The notes below the pieces were generated by a model, which ran no database searches, was not told where the DNA came from, and saw nothing but the letters and a program-made list of their open reading frames with translations. Made by a program: the position numbers and the translations under genes. 64,000 nt of DNA from Gammaproteobacteria bacterium (GTDB lineage Bacteria > Pseudomonadota > Gammaproteobacteria > Natronospirales > JAIVGZ01), in the NCBI GenBank assembly GCA_040882865.1, contig JBBEAN010000015.1, forward strand, positions 107,402-171,401, read 5' to 3'. Positions 9,419-18,464 of this stretch are shown piece by piece; position 1 is the first letter of the stretch, and each line of letters starts with the position of its first letter.

Positions 9419-10143
9419 AGACGCTCGACACGCTGCTCGTCCTCGACGACAGTTCCCCAGCCAGCGCCCGAGCGCGCGAGTATGCGGAGCGGTTCGCGGC
9501 GCAGACCGGCGCAGCTTGCGAGGTGCGCACGAAGGTGGCCGACCTGGGCGCGATTGGTACGCATCTGCTGGTCGTGCCATCGGGCTCGCCCGACGCGCGC
9601 GCGATCGTCGAACGCACCGCGACTGCCGTCATGCTGACGCCGGCGGCACTGCCCGCACCGCGTCCACTGTGGCGCGCGGTCGTGCCGCTGACGGGCCAGC
9701 CGGGCGGTGACGCTGCGCTCGAATTCACCGTACGCCTTGCCGGCGCGCTGAGCATGCAGGTCATCGCGGTCCACGTCGCGGACCCGAACGCCGACTCCGG
9801 CACCGGGCTCGAAGCCGCCGCTCATTACGCAGATGCCGCCCACCACGAGTATCCACAGCAGTTGAAGGAATTCGTCCAACGTGCACTTCCGCAGTGTTCC
9901 GTCGCCGAGCGCGCTGCGCTCACGGACCTCGTATTGTGCCGCGGCGACGTCATCGCGGAGCTGTTGACGCTGGTCAGGGAACGGGACGCTGACCTGCTCG
10001 TGGTCACTTGGCAGGGACGACTCGCGCGCAAGGGCTCTCGGTTGCTCGAACGCTTGGCGGGGGCTTTGCGGTGTCCGTTGGTCATCGTGAAGCCCGTCTC
10101 GCATGGCCCGTTCAGACTGAAAGTCGGGGAAGACCTCGAGTGA
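9415..10143 (+). CDS. universal stress protein family protein (degenerate N-terminal half plus C-terminal USP domain)
   Basis: MKTLDTLLVLDDS start at 9415, in an ATGA overlap with the GH65 stop. C-terminal DADLLVVTWQG...CPLVIVKP is USP-like. Confidence 0.65.
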   Translation: MKTLDTLLVLDDSSPASARAREYAERFAAQTGAACEVRTKVADLGAIGTHLLVVPSGSPDARAIVERTATAVMLTPAALPAPRPLWRAVVPLTGQPGGDAALEFTVRLAGALSMQVIAVHVADPNADSGTGLEAAAHYADAAHHEYPQQLKEFVQRALPQCSVAERAALTDLVLCRGDVIAELLTLVRERDADLLVVTWQGRLARKGSRLLERLAGALRCPLVIVKPVSHGPFRLKVGEDLE

Positions 10144-11033
10144 AGCTCGCGGCCGATCTCGGCGGAACGCACGCGCGGTTTGCGCTGCAAGCGGCGTCGC
10201 TCCGGTGCATCGACCTGCCGGCACGCGATTTTGCCTCGCTCGACGCCGCGCTCGCTGCTGCGCTTGCAGCCTTCGACATCGATGACGCGCACGGAATTGA
10301 CGCGGTGCTCGCGGTCGCAGGTCCCGTGCGCGGATCAACCGCCGCATTCACCAACCTTGACTGGTCGGCGGACCCCGATGCGCTGCGCGCGCGATTCGGC
10401 TTCGCGTCCTTGCGCCTGTTGAACGACGTCGAATGCGCCGCGCGCGCCGCCGCCGCGGCACTGCCTAACGACGTCGTCGCCGTCCACCCAGGCCCGCGGC
10501 GAGACGACGGCCGGCATGTCTTGATCAGTGTCGGTACCGGGCTCGGTGTCGCGTATTGGCACCACAGCTCCGTTGAGGCGAGCGAGGCCGGGCACTCAGG
10601 ATTCGCCCCGGCGACGGAATGGGACCACGCGTTCCTGGCGGACGTCTGCGGAGACGGCCGGCGCGCGAGTTGGGAGCGTGTGCTCTCCGGGCCCGGGCTC
10701 GCGCGCGTCGGCACCTTCGTCGCGGGCGCACCCTACGAAGACGGCGCCGAGGTCACACAACACGCTGCGCAGGGCGACCCGCTCGCGACCGACGCAGTCA
10801 AACGTTTCTCTCGCTTGCTGGGCACATTCGCCGGCGATCTGGTCCTCGCCGCACCGGTCACGGGGGGCGTCCTGCTTGCTGGCGGCGTACTGGCGGGACT
10901 CGGCCCGCACTTTGATGCCGCGGAGTTCATCGCCGGTTTCCGCGACAAGGGCGCGATGGCCGGATTGCCCGCCACGTTACCGGTGTGGCGCACCGCGGAT
11001 GGCACGCTCGCGCTGCGCGGCGCCCTGCTGTGA
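10140..11033 (+). CDS. glk: glucokinase
   Basis: GTG 10140 overlaps the usp stop (GTGA). VKLAADLGGTHARFAL matches the Glk DxGGTNxRxAL motif, and LAGGV lies near the C-terminus. Confidence 0.85.
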   Translation: MKLAADLGGTHARFALQAASLRCIDLPARDFASLDAALAAALAAFDIDDAHGIDAVLAVAGPVRGSTAAFTNLDWSADPDALRARFGFASLRLLNDVECAARAAAAALPNDVVAVHPGPRRDDGRHVLISVGTGLGVAYWHHSSVEASEAGHSGFAPATEWDHAFLADVCGDGRRASWERVLSGPGLARVGTFVAGAPYEDGAEVTQHAAQGDPLATDAVKRFSRLLGTFAGDLVLAAPVTGGVLLAGGVLAGLGPHFDAAEFIAGFRDKGAMAGLPATLPVWRTADGTLALRGALL

Positions 11034-11035
11034 CG

Positions 11036-12379
11036 ATGCGTCTGGTCCTCGACCAGGGCGGACAGAGCAGCCGCGCGTTCGTTGTTGACGAGGCGGGCAA
11101 CGTCGCGGCGAGTGCGTCGGTATCGGTCGCAACGTACAGCGATGGTTCGGGCATCGTGGAGCAGGACCCCGAGGAAATCGTCGCGTCCGTCGAACGATGT
11201 ATCGCCGAGGTCGCCAAGGAGGTTCCCCCCAGCGAGTGGCATAGCGCGGGACTCGCGTGTCAGCGGTCGAGCGTCGTCGCGTGGGACCGCGCCAGCGGCG
11301 ACGCACGCACGCCCGTGCTGTCGTGGATGGACACGCGCGCCGGCCGCACGTTCGATCAGATGCGGCTCGATACCCAGCGCCTGCGTGCGATTACCGGGCT
11401 CGTGGCGTCACCGCATTACGGTGCGACGAAGCTTCGCTGGATGCGCGAACACTTGGCTAAGGACCGCGCGCTCGGGTACGGACCCCTCGCGAGTTTCCTG
11501 CTACATCGGCTGCTCGACGAGCGGCCGTACCGCGTGAGCCACTCGATTGCACAACGCACGCTGTTGTACGACGTCCACACGCGCGACTGGTCTGACGATC
11601 TGCTACAGGCATTCGGGGTTCCGCGGGAAGCGCTACCCCACCCGGTCGATGACCGGAGCGTCCACGGAACGCTTTGCGGCGTGCCGTTGGCGCTGTGTGC
11701 AGGCGACCAGAATATCGTGCCGTTTGCCGCGGGCTCGCCGACGACAGACACCGCCTATCTGAATCTGGGTACCGGGGCGTTCCTGCTACGACCGGTCGCG
11801 CGCGCGGCCGACGTGCCGGATGCGCTGCTGCTCGCGCCGTTGGACGACCACGCGTTCGCGGCCGAAGGGACCGTCAACGGCGCCGGGTCTGCAATTAGCT
11901 GGTTTGAACAGGAGACCGATCAGGCATTCCCGTGGACAGCGCTCGCGCGCGTCGACCCCGCGTGCGCACCCCTGTTCGTGAACGGCATCGGCGGCGTCGG
12001 CTCCCCGTTCTGGCGCACCGACGTCCGCGCGCGGTTCGAGCCGGACGCGGGCGACGCGGCGTCCCGTGCCTATGCGGTGCTCGAGAGTGTCGTGTTCCTC
12101 GTACGCGCGAACTTCGACCGGATGACACCGGCGCGCCGAGTGGTCGCAACGGGCGGCCTCGCAGCGCAGCCGTTCGTCCGCACCTTGCTCACGCGCGTAC
12201 TCGGAACCCCCGTCGAGACCGGGCCGCGTGAGGCGACTGTGCAGGGTCTGGCCGCGCTCCTCGGCTGCGCGGTTACAGCGCCGCGTGCAGCTGAGCGCGG
12301 CGACGACACTAGCGCCGGCGGCTCCGCCGAATGCCTGGCAGGTCGTTATGCGCGTTGGTGTTCATTGCTCTTTGCCTGA
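11036..12379 (+). CDS. FGGY-family carbohydrate kinase, glycerol-kinase-like
   Basis: ATG 11036 lies 2 nt after the glk stop. LDQGGQSSRAFVVD, VEQDPEEI, CQRSSVVAWD, GATKLRWM and AGDQN run parallel to E. coli GlpK blocks (recalled from memory). Confidence 0.8.
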   Translation: MRLVLDQGGQSSRAFVVDEAGNVAASASVSVATYSDGSGIVEQDPEEIVASVERCIAEVAKEVPPSEWHSAGLACQRSSVVAWDRASGDARTPVLSWMDTRAGRTFDQMRLDTQRLRAITGLVASPHYGATKLRWMREHLAKDRALGYGPLASFLLHRLLDERPYRVSHSIAQRTLLYDVHTRDWSDDLLQAFGVPREALPHPVDDRSVHGTLCGVPLALCAGDQNIVPFAAGSPTTDTAYLNLGTGAFLLRPVARAADVPDALLLAPLDDHAFAAEGTVNGAGSAISWFEQETDQAFPWTALARVDPACAPLFVNGIGGVGSPFWRTDVRARFEPDAGDAASRAYAVLESVVFLVRANFDRMTPARRVVATGGLAAQPFVRTLLTRVLGTPVETGPREATVQGLAALLGCAVTAPRAAERGDDTSAGGSAECLAGRYARWCSLLFA

Positions 12380-12535
12380 ATCGTGCTACACTGCGCGCCG
12401 CTGGCACTCCGGTCTTTGCCAGCCCTTCGCGGTGATCCATCCCGGCCTGCCCCGAACAATCATCCAAACCAAGCTGATGGCTTGCACGGACCGGTCACGG
12501 CGAAACCGTGCGCAGGCGTCTGGGAGTTACCTTTA

Positions 12536-13813
12536 ATGTCTTTTGAATCTCTCGGCCTCACGGCCGCGTTGTGCCGTACTGTGGCCGACAAAGGCTATAC
12601 GACACCGACCCCAATCCAGGCCGCGGCGATTCCGGCCGTACTGGAAGGCCGCGACCTCATGGCCGCGGCGCAGACCGGCACCGGCAAGACGGCCGGCTTC
12701 ACGCTGCCGATGTTGCAGCGCCTGCAGGCGTCCGCACCAACCGGCGGCCGCCGCAAGGTGCGGGCACTCGTGCTCACACCGACGCGCGAACTCTGCCTCC
12801 AGGTGATGGACAGCGTGCGCACCTACGGCAAGGGCATGCCGCTCAAGTCGACCGCGATTTTTGGCGGCGTGAGCATCAACCCGCAGATCAGCTCGCTGCG
12901 TCAGGGCGTCGACATCGTCGTCGCGACACCGGGCCGCCTGCTCGACCACGTGAACCAGCGCACGCTCGACCTGTCGCAGGTCGAGATCCTCGTTCTCGAT
13001 GAAGCGGACCGCATGTTGGACATGGGCTTCATTCGCGACATCAAGAAAATCATCGCGCTGTTGCCACGCGCGCGCCAGAACTTGCTGTTCTCGGCGACCT
13101 TCTCTGACGAGATCCGCTCGCTCGCGAACTCGCTACTGCACAACCCACAGTCGGTCGAAGTCGCCGCACGCAATACAACGGTGGAGGCGATCACGCAGGT
13201 GGTTCACCCGGTCGACAAGAGCCGTAAGCACGAGTTGCTCTCGTGGCTGATTGGTGACGGCAACTGGAAGCAGGTACTCGTTTTCACGCGCACCAAGCAC
13301 GGCGCCGACCGCCTCGCGCGACAGCTCGTCCAGGACGGCCTGCGCGCGGATGCAATCCATGGCAACAAGAGCCAGGCTGCGCGCACGCGCGCGTTGAGCG
13401 ATTTCAAATGCGGCAAGGTCCGCGTTCTGGTCGCCACCGACGTCGCATCGCGCGGTCTCGACATCGACCATCTCCCACACGTCGTGAACTTCGAGTTGCC
13501 GACCGTGCCCGAGGACTACGTGCACCGCATCGGCCGCACCGGCCGTGCGGGCCGCGACGGCATCGCGGTATCGCTGGTCTGTGTTGATGAGCAGAAGCTG
13601 CTGCGCGACATCGAACGTGTGTTGCGCCGCGAGATTCCGAAGGTCGAGGTGACCGGGTACGAGGTCGACCGATCGATCCGGCCGGAGCCGCTGTTCAAGC
13701 CGCGCGGCGCACCGCGCCAGCGGCCACAGCCATCAAAGCCGCGTGGACGCGGCGCTACTCGGGCGCCTGCAGGTAATCGATCGCAAGGCCGGTCAAAGCG
13801 CGCACGCCCGTGA
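12536..13813 (+). CDS. rhlE: ATP-dependent DEAD-box RNA helicase
   Basis: MSFESLGL start, with GGGAG 9 nt upstream. Motifs [15 protein letters not shown] and [10 protein letters not shown], plus a basic C-terminal tail. Confidence 0.9.
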   Translation: MSFESLGLTAALCRTVADKGYTTPTPIQAAAIPAVLEGRDLMAAAQTGTGKTAGFTLPMLQRLQASAPTGGRRKVRALVLTPTRELCLQVMDSVRTYGKGMPLKSTAIFGGVSINPQISSLRQGVDIVVATPGRLLDHVNQRTLDLSQVEILVLDEADRMLDMGFIRDIKKIIALLPRARQNLLFSATFSDEIRSLANSLLHNPQSVEVAARNTTVEAITQVVHPVDKSRKHELLSWLIGDGNWKQVLVFTRTKHGADRLARQLVQDGLRADAIHGNKSQAARTRALSDFKCGKVRVLVATDVASRGLDIDHLPHVVNFELPTVPEDYVHRIGRTGRAGRDGIAVSLVCVDEQKLLRDIERVLRREIPKVEVTGYEVDRSIRPEPLFKPRGAPRQRPQPSKPRGRGATRAPAGNRSQGRSKRARP

Positions 13814-15023
13814 CGAGGGCGTCCTCGTTCACGTGAAACTCCGGTGAATGGTTCGGTGCGGCCTCACCCGCGCCGAGTCCCGCCTTGTTCACACCGAGCA
13901 GGAAATACATGCCGGGTATCTTTTCCTGGAAGTACGCGAAATCCTCGGCGACGGTCTGCGCACGGCCCTCGGCGACCCTGTCGTCGCCGGCCGCCCATGC
14001 AAGCGTCGGCACCATGCGGCGGGTGAGCGCGGGGTCGTTCCACGTGACGGGGGCATTCTGTTCAATGTCGACCTGCGCGGTCGCACCCGACGCCTCGGAC
14101 GTTTTTGCGACCGTGCGGCGCAGACGCGCGATCAAATCCTCGCGCATTGCGGCGTCGTAAGTCCGTATCGTCCCCTCGAGCACGACCTCATCGGGAATGA
14201 TGTTCCAGCGCGTGCCGCCAGTGATACTGCCGATCGTGATGACGGCCGGCGCGACCGTGACATCGAGCTGCCGACTCGGGATGGTCTGCAGCGCGAGCAC
14301 GAGCTGCGCGGAAATCGTCACGGGGTCGATGCCGGCCCATGGCTGCGAACCGTGCGTTTGTTTCCCGCGTACGGTGATTTTCATGCGGTCTGACGCGGCG
14401 AGGAATCCCTCGGTTTTGTAATACAAATTCCCCGCCGGGTACGGATACACGTGCAGTCCGAAGATTGCTTCCGGCGCGTCGTCACCGGCGAGCAGGCCTT
14501 CCTTCACCATCAGACTCGCGCCGCCCTCCTCTCCCGGCGGCGGCCCCTCCTCCGCCGGCTGGAACACGAACATCACCGTCCCGGCGAGACGTTCTCGCGC
14601 GCTCGCGAGTACTTCGGCTGCACCCATCAGCATCGCGGTGTGCGCGTCATGGCCACAGGCGTGCATGACTGCCTTGTTCACCGACGCGAACGGCAACCCG
14701 GTCGCCTCGGTGACGGGCAGCGCATCCATGTCCGCGCGCAGCGCGACCACGGGTCCCGGCCTGCCCCCACGTAGTAGCCCGACCACACCGTGGTGGGCGA
14801 CACCCGTTGTGACCTTGAGCCCCAGCTCGCGCAGGTGCGCGGCAACGAGCGCGGCGGTGCGTTCCTCGCGATTCGAAACCTCAGGATGTTGGTGGATGTC
14901 GCGACGCCACTCGATGACTCGCGGCATCACCGCGTCGATGGCCGGCGCGAGCGTCTCCTTGAGGTCCTGCGCAGGGGCTGCGGTGCTGAGCGACAACGCG
15001 ATAACTGCAAACGAAACTCTCAT
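13755..15023 (-). CDS. secreted M20D amidohydrolase (aminoacylase/hippurate-hydrolase family)
   Basis: Start at [18 protein letters not shown] (Sec signal), in an ATGA overlap with the upstream lipoprotein gene. RADMDALPV and [15 protein letters not shown] motifs. Confidence 0.85.
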   Translation of the reverse strand: MRVSFAVIALSLSTAAPAQDLKETLAPAIDAVMPRVIEWRRDIHQHPEVSNREERTAALVAAHLRELGLKVTTGVAHHGVVGLLRGGRPGPVVALRADMDALPVTEATGLPFASVNKAVMHACGHDAHTAMLMGAAEVLASARERLAGTVMFVFQPAEEGPPPGEEGGASLMVKEGLLAGDDAPEAIFGLHVYPYPAGNLYYKTEGFLAASDRMKITVRGKQTHGSQPWAGIDPVTISAQLVLALQTIPSRQLDVTVAPAVITIGSITGGTRWNIIPDEVVLEGTIRTYDAAMREDLIARLRRTVAKTSEASGATAQVDIEQNAPVTWNDPALTRRMVPTLAWAAGDDRVAEGRAQTVAEDFAYFQEKIPGMYFLLGVNKAGLGAGEAAPNHSPEFHVNEDALVTGVRALTGLAIDYLQAPE

Positions 15024-16600
15024 GGGCTCTCTCCGGTAATCGTCCAATAGCCTCGCAACGGCGGAAGTTCCTCAGGGCACACGAACTCCGCAGGGCCGAC
15101 ATCAACCCGACCACCGTTCGCGCATTGCGCGAGCGCGAAACGCGCCGCGGCGAAGTTCGGCGCGTCGAGCGGCTCGCCGCCGAACGCATCGATGACCATG
15201 CCGTCGCGCGCGTGCCCACAGTCGCCGAGTCCACCGAGTTCGACCGCGTTATCGCGCGTGTAGAAACCATACCCTCCCCGGCAATCGGCGGCGAGGAGTG
15301 CCATCAGGAATTCGGTGCTCGCAGCGAACCGCGCGCTGGGCTCGGCGGCTACGTCGTCGCGCTCGACTACAACGCCGTACCGCGAGACGCCGGCGCGCAC
15401 TGCCGCTCCGGCGTCGTCAGAATGCTCGGTGAACGCGCGCAGCTCCGCAACGGCGTCCGCGGGGACGCCGAACGCTTCGAGTACGGCAAAATACTCGTCC
15501 GGGCCGTAGTAGCCGTCGCCGGCTGCGGCACGTGTCGCGAGCGCGCCCCAGAACGTGAACAAGTCGGCACCCGGGTCGGCGTCCGAGATGGCGAGCCCGG
15601 TCCACCACGCTGCGATCTGGCCGCACGTATAGTGGTGGCGTTGCCCGCCGACCACGCAGCCGTTCAACGCGAGCTCGTAGGCGTCCGCGAGCGAACGCGC
15701 GTCCATGAAGTCCGCGGCAGTCAGCGCCTCGTCCGCGAATGCCTCGGCGGAACCCTCGTGCATCCACGGCGGCGAGCCGGGGCGCGAGTTGCCGTTCCAA
15801 AAGTGCGCGGCCTCGTGCGCGATGAGCCGCAATGCCTTCCGCATCGCCCATGGGTCGTCGTTGTGCCACCGATCACCCGACGCGCGCAGGTGCATGAGGT
15901 TCTCGAGCACGCCGGCGTTCATATCCGCGCCGTGACCCGGGACGAAGCTGAACAACACGACTGGGCGCTGCTCGAGGACCCGACCAGTGCGCGACTCGTA
16001 GAAACCGAACATCGCGGGGATCTGTTCGACGAGCGTCGTCTCGAGCCACCGGGGAAGACCTGGATCGATGATTGCAACGAAGCGCGCGTGGTCGATCAGC
16101 TCGAGGTCACCGACATACGCGTACGTGCCGAGCGGGCCCGGTTGTGGGTCCAACACCACGCGCTGGCCCGCCGGCGCAGCCACTGCGACGTTCGTGAGGG
16201 GTTTTGTGCCGGCGTTGATCAGCGCGAAAAAGTGGCCCGTGTAGATCGCCGCGCTGCCGTTGCTGAATACATTGAACAACTCGTAATCGCGCGGCATGAA
16301 TTCGGTGTTCACCGGAAACTCGATCATCAGCTCGGCGGACGCCGACGCACCGTCTGCGAGCTGCACGACCTGGGCGTCGCCGTCGCGCGAAAATGCGTAG
16401 CCGGGCGTGATGATGCGCCACTCGCGCTCACGCAGGTAGTTCGCGGGCCGCACGAATTTCAGCGTCTGGATCGGCTCGTCGGAGTGCCAGATTGCGCGCC
16501 AGTCGCCGGACGGTCGGCGCTCGAGCGTGACATCGGGTGTCGGGGGCGGCGCCGCGCAAGCGGCGAGCGCGAGGATGAGCGTGCAAGCCATCAATCTCAT
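15020..16600 (-). CDS. uncharacterised lipoprotein with gluzincin-type HExxH...E zinc-peptidase motif
   Basis: Start at MRLMACTLILALAAC (lipobox LAAC) at 16600. IAHEAAHFWNG...PWMHEGSAEAF resembles the M1-type HExxH / WxxEG(F/S)A pattern. Four C-terminal cysteines. Confidence 0.6.
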   Translation of the reverse strand: MRLMACTLILALAACAAPPPTPDVTLERRPSGDWRAIWHSDEPIQTLKFVRPANYLREREWRIITPGYAFSRDGDAQVVQLADGASASAELMIEFPVNTEFMPRDYELFNVFSNGSAAIYTGHFFALINAGTKPLTNVAVAAPAGQRVVLDPQPGPLGTYAYVGDLELIDHARFVAIIDPGLPRWLETTLVEQIPAMFGFYESRTGRVLEQRPVVLFSFVPGHGADMNAGVLENLMHLRASGDRWHNDDPWAMRKALRLIAHEAAHFWNGNSRPGSPPWMHEGSAEAFADEALTAADFMDARSLADAYELALNGCVVGGQRHHYTCGQIAAWWTGLAISDADPGADLFTFWGALATRAAAGDGYYGPDEYFAVLEAFGVPADAVAELRAFTEHSDDAGAAVRAGVSRYGVVVERDDVAAEPSARFAASTEFLMALLAADCRGGYGFYTRDNAVELGGLGDCGHARDGMVIDAFGGEPLDAPNFAAARFALAQCANGGRVDVGPAEFVCPEELPPLRGYWTITGESP

Positions 16601-16628
16601 GCCGCTGAGTCGACTATATAATCGCGCG

Positions 16629-17162
16629 ATGCGCAAGCCCGACCATTTCGATTTATCGACGGAACGCCTGACAATCCGTCCATGGCGGCCGAGTGACCGC
16701 CTTGCGCTGGAGCGCATGGTCGAGGACAGCGACATGATGCGACACCTCACGCACGGCCGTGCGTGGTCGGCCGATGAGGTCGATGAATTCCTGGAGCGGC
16801 AGTCGGCTCAGCTCGCTGCGCACGGCGTCTGCATGGGGCCCATGATGCTTCGCGGCGGGACGGAAATCGTCGGTGTTGCAGGCATCCAGCCGCTTGACCT
16901 GCCGGGAGAGTTCGAGCTCGGCTGGTGGGTATGGAAAGCCTATTGGGGTCTCGGCTATGCACTGGAAGCTGCGCGCGCACTCGCCGCGTTCGCGACGAAC
17001 GAAATGGGGCTGGCCCGTGTGTTCGCGGTCATCGACCCCGACAACGCGGCGTCGATCCGCGTTGCGGAGAAAATCGGAATGCGCTTCGAGCGGCGCACCA
17101 CAGCGCGTGAAACGGCGTTCCGTCGTGAGGACATCGAGGTGGTTCTATACGTAACGCCTTGA
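16629..17162 (+). CDS. GNAT family N-acetyltransferase (RimJ/RimL-like)
   Basis: MRKPDHFDLSTERLTIRPW start. The WKAYWGLGYALEAARAL acetyl-CoA-binding region is typical of GNATs. Confidence 0.8.
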   Translation: MRKPDHFDLSTERLTIRPWRPSDRLALERMVEDSDMMRHLTHGRAWSADEVDEFLERQSAQLAAHGVCMGPMMLRGGTEIVGVAGIQPLDLPGEFELGWWVWKAYWGLGYALEAARALAAFATNEMGLARVFAVIDPDNAASIRVAEKIGMRFERRTTARETAFRREDIEVVLYVTP

Positions 17163-18434
17163 CCGCACGAACCAGTATTGGATTGCGCCGAGCGCCGCGA
17201 AAGCCACGGTCAAACCAACTGATGCAACGTTGACCTGCGTAAGTAATAGTCCACAGACGGCAAACGCCAATACGGGGATTGCCCAGCCGCCGGGAACCCG
17301 GTAATTCGACTCGCTGCCGAAACGCGCACGCAGCCGTGGCATCGCGCCGATACACACCATGTAGATGAGCACGCGGACGAGAGCGCTCATTGCCGCAAGC
17401 CAGACAAACGACCCCCAGAGCGCGAGCACGAGCGCGAGCGCGCCGAAGAAGATGATGGAATTTGCCGGTGTCTTGTAATCTTCGTGCACGCGTGCGAACC
17501 ACACAGGCATCGTATTGTCGCGCGCGAGCGTGTAGGTCATTCGTGGCGACGTCAGCATGCTGCTCGCAGAGTTGCCCGCGACCGACACCACCACGCCGAT
17601 GGTGAGAATCAGCGCGCCAACAGGTCCGAGCAGCTCCGCGCCGACCTCTATCAACGCGCGACCGGAAGTCGATCCGGCGAGATCGGGGTGGACAGCCATG
17701 CTGACGGCCTGGACCAGCACATAGAGCACCGTGACCACCCCGAGCGCCCACAGCAAGCCGCGCGGGATGTCGCGTGCAGGGTCGCGCGTCTCACCCGCCG
17801 GAACCACAGCCGATTCCCAACCGACGAACGCGTACACGACCAACAATGCCGCTTGGCCGAATCCGAGCGCGGTCGGCGCGGTCATACCCACTCCGAAGGC
17901 GCCAGGCGTGAGGGCCGTGAGGCCGATTACGACGAGCAATACCAGCGGCAGGAATTTCAGGACGGTGAGCACGCCGATCGCACGCACCGCTTGCCGGATG
18001 CCGACGACGTTGACCCACGTCAGCAGTGCGACCACGATCGTGAGCAGCACGACACGCCCGATACCCTGCGCGGCATTGGGCCAGAAAAAGCCGATCGAGG
18101 CGACGAGCAGGTTGATGTTTGCGGCAAAAGCCGTCACACGCGCGATGTAGAACGCCCAGCCGGTCTGGAAACCCGCGAACGGACCGAACGCGGTGCGCGC
18201 ATAAAGAATCGGTCCGCCAGTGCTGCGGAAATGGCCGGCGAGTTCCGCAAAACAAAGGATGACCGCGCCGAGCAGAAGCCCGCATGCGACGAAGACGAGC
18301 GGGCTCCATGCGCCCGCAAGCGCGGCCGCGCCCGCCGGAACGCCGAAAATGCCGGCACCGATCATACCGTTGACCGCCAGCATCCAGATGCCGACCGCCG
18401 TCAACCGGCGTACAAGGGGTTCTTCGTGGTCCAT
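17145..18434 (-). CDS. APC-family amino acid permease
   Basis: 429 aa, roughly 12 hydrophobic segments. N-terminal GIWMLAVNGMIGAGIFGVP motif. Confidence 0.85.
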   Translation of the reverse strand: MDHEEPLVRRLTAVGIWMLAVNGMIGAGIFGVPAGAAALAGAWSPLVFVACGLLLGAVILCFAELAGHFRSTGGPILYARTAFGPFAGFQTGWAFYIARVTAFAANINLLVASIGFFWPNAAQGIGRVVLLTIVVALLTWVNVVGIRQAVRAIGVLTVLKFLPLVLLVVIGLTALTPGAFGVGMTAPTALGFGQAALLVVYAFVGWESAVVPAGETRDPARDIPRGLLWALGVVTVLYVLVQAVSMAVHPDLAGSTSGRALIEVGAELLGPVGALILTIGVVVSVAGNSASSMLTSPRMTYTLARDNTMPVWFARVHEDYKTPANSIIFFGALALVLALWGSFVWLAAMSALVRVLIYMVCIGAMPRLRARFGSESNYRVPGGWAIPVLAFAVCGLLLTQVNVASVGLTVAFAALGAIQYWFVRSRRYV

Positions 18435-18464
18435 AAAAAAACCCGGCCCCGCAAGCGGGGCCGG
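18435..18464 (-). terminator. rho-independent terminator downstream of the S8 protease gene
   Basis: Minus strand reads CCGGCCCCGcttgCGGGGCCGG followed by GTTTTTTT. The 9-bp GC stem spans 18443-18464 and the T-tract 18435-18441. Confidence 0.7.

Noticed and set aside
7694-9580. 628-aa ORF on the minus strand, opposite the GH65 gene
   Set aside because: Fully antisense to a gene with clear family motifs. Its composition is dominated by R/A/G/P/V, with no recognisable motif. Long stop-free antisense frames are expected at this GC content.
12402-12420. TGGCACtccggtctTTGCC upstream of rhlE as a sigma-54 promoter
   Set aside because: The spacing from the GG to the GC dinucleotide is 3 nt longer than the strict -24/-12 geometry, which the pilA promoter at 38439 satisfies exactly.
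15125-16621. 498-aa ORF on the plus strand, opposite the HExxH lipoprotein gene
   Set aside because: Arg/Glu/Val-rich and low-information, with no signal or motif. The minus-strand frame has a lipobox, an HExxH motif and translational coupling to the next gene, so it is the real one.
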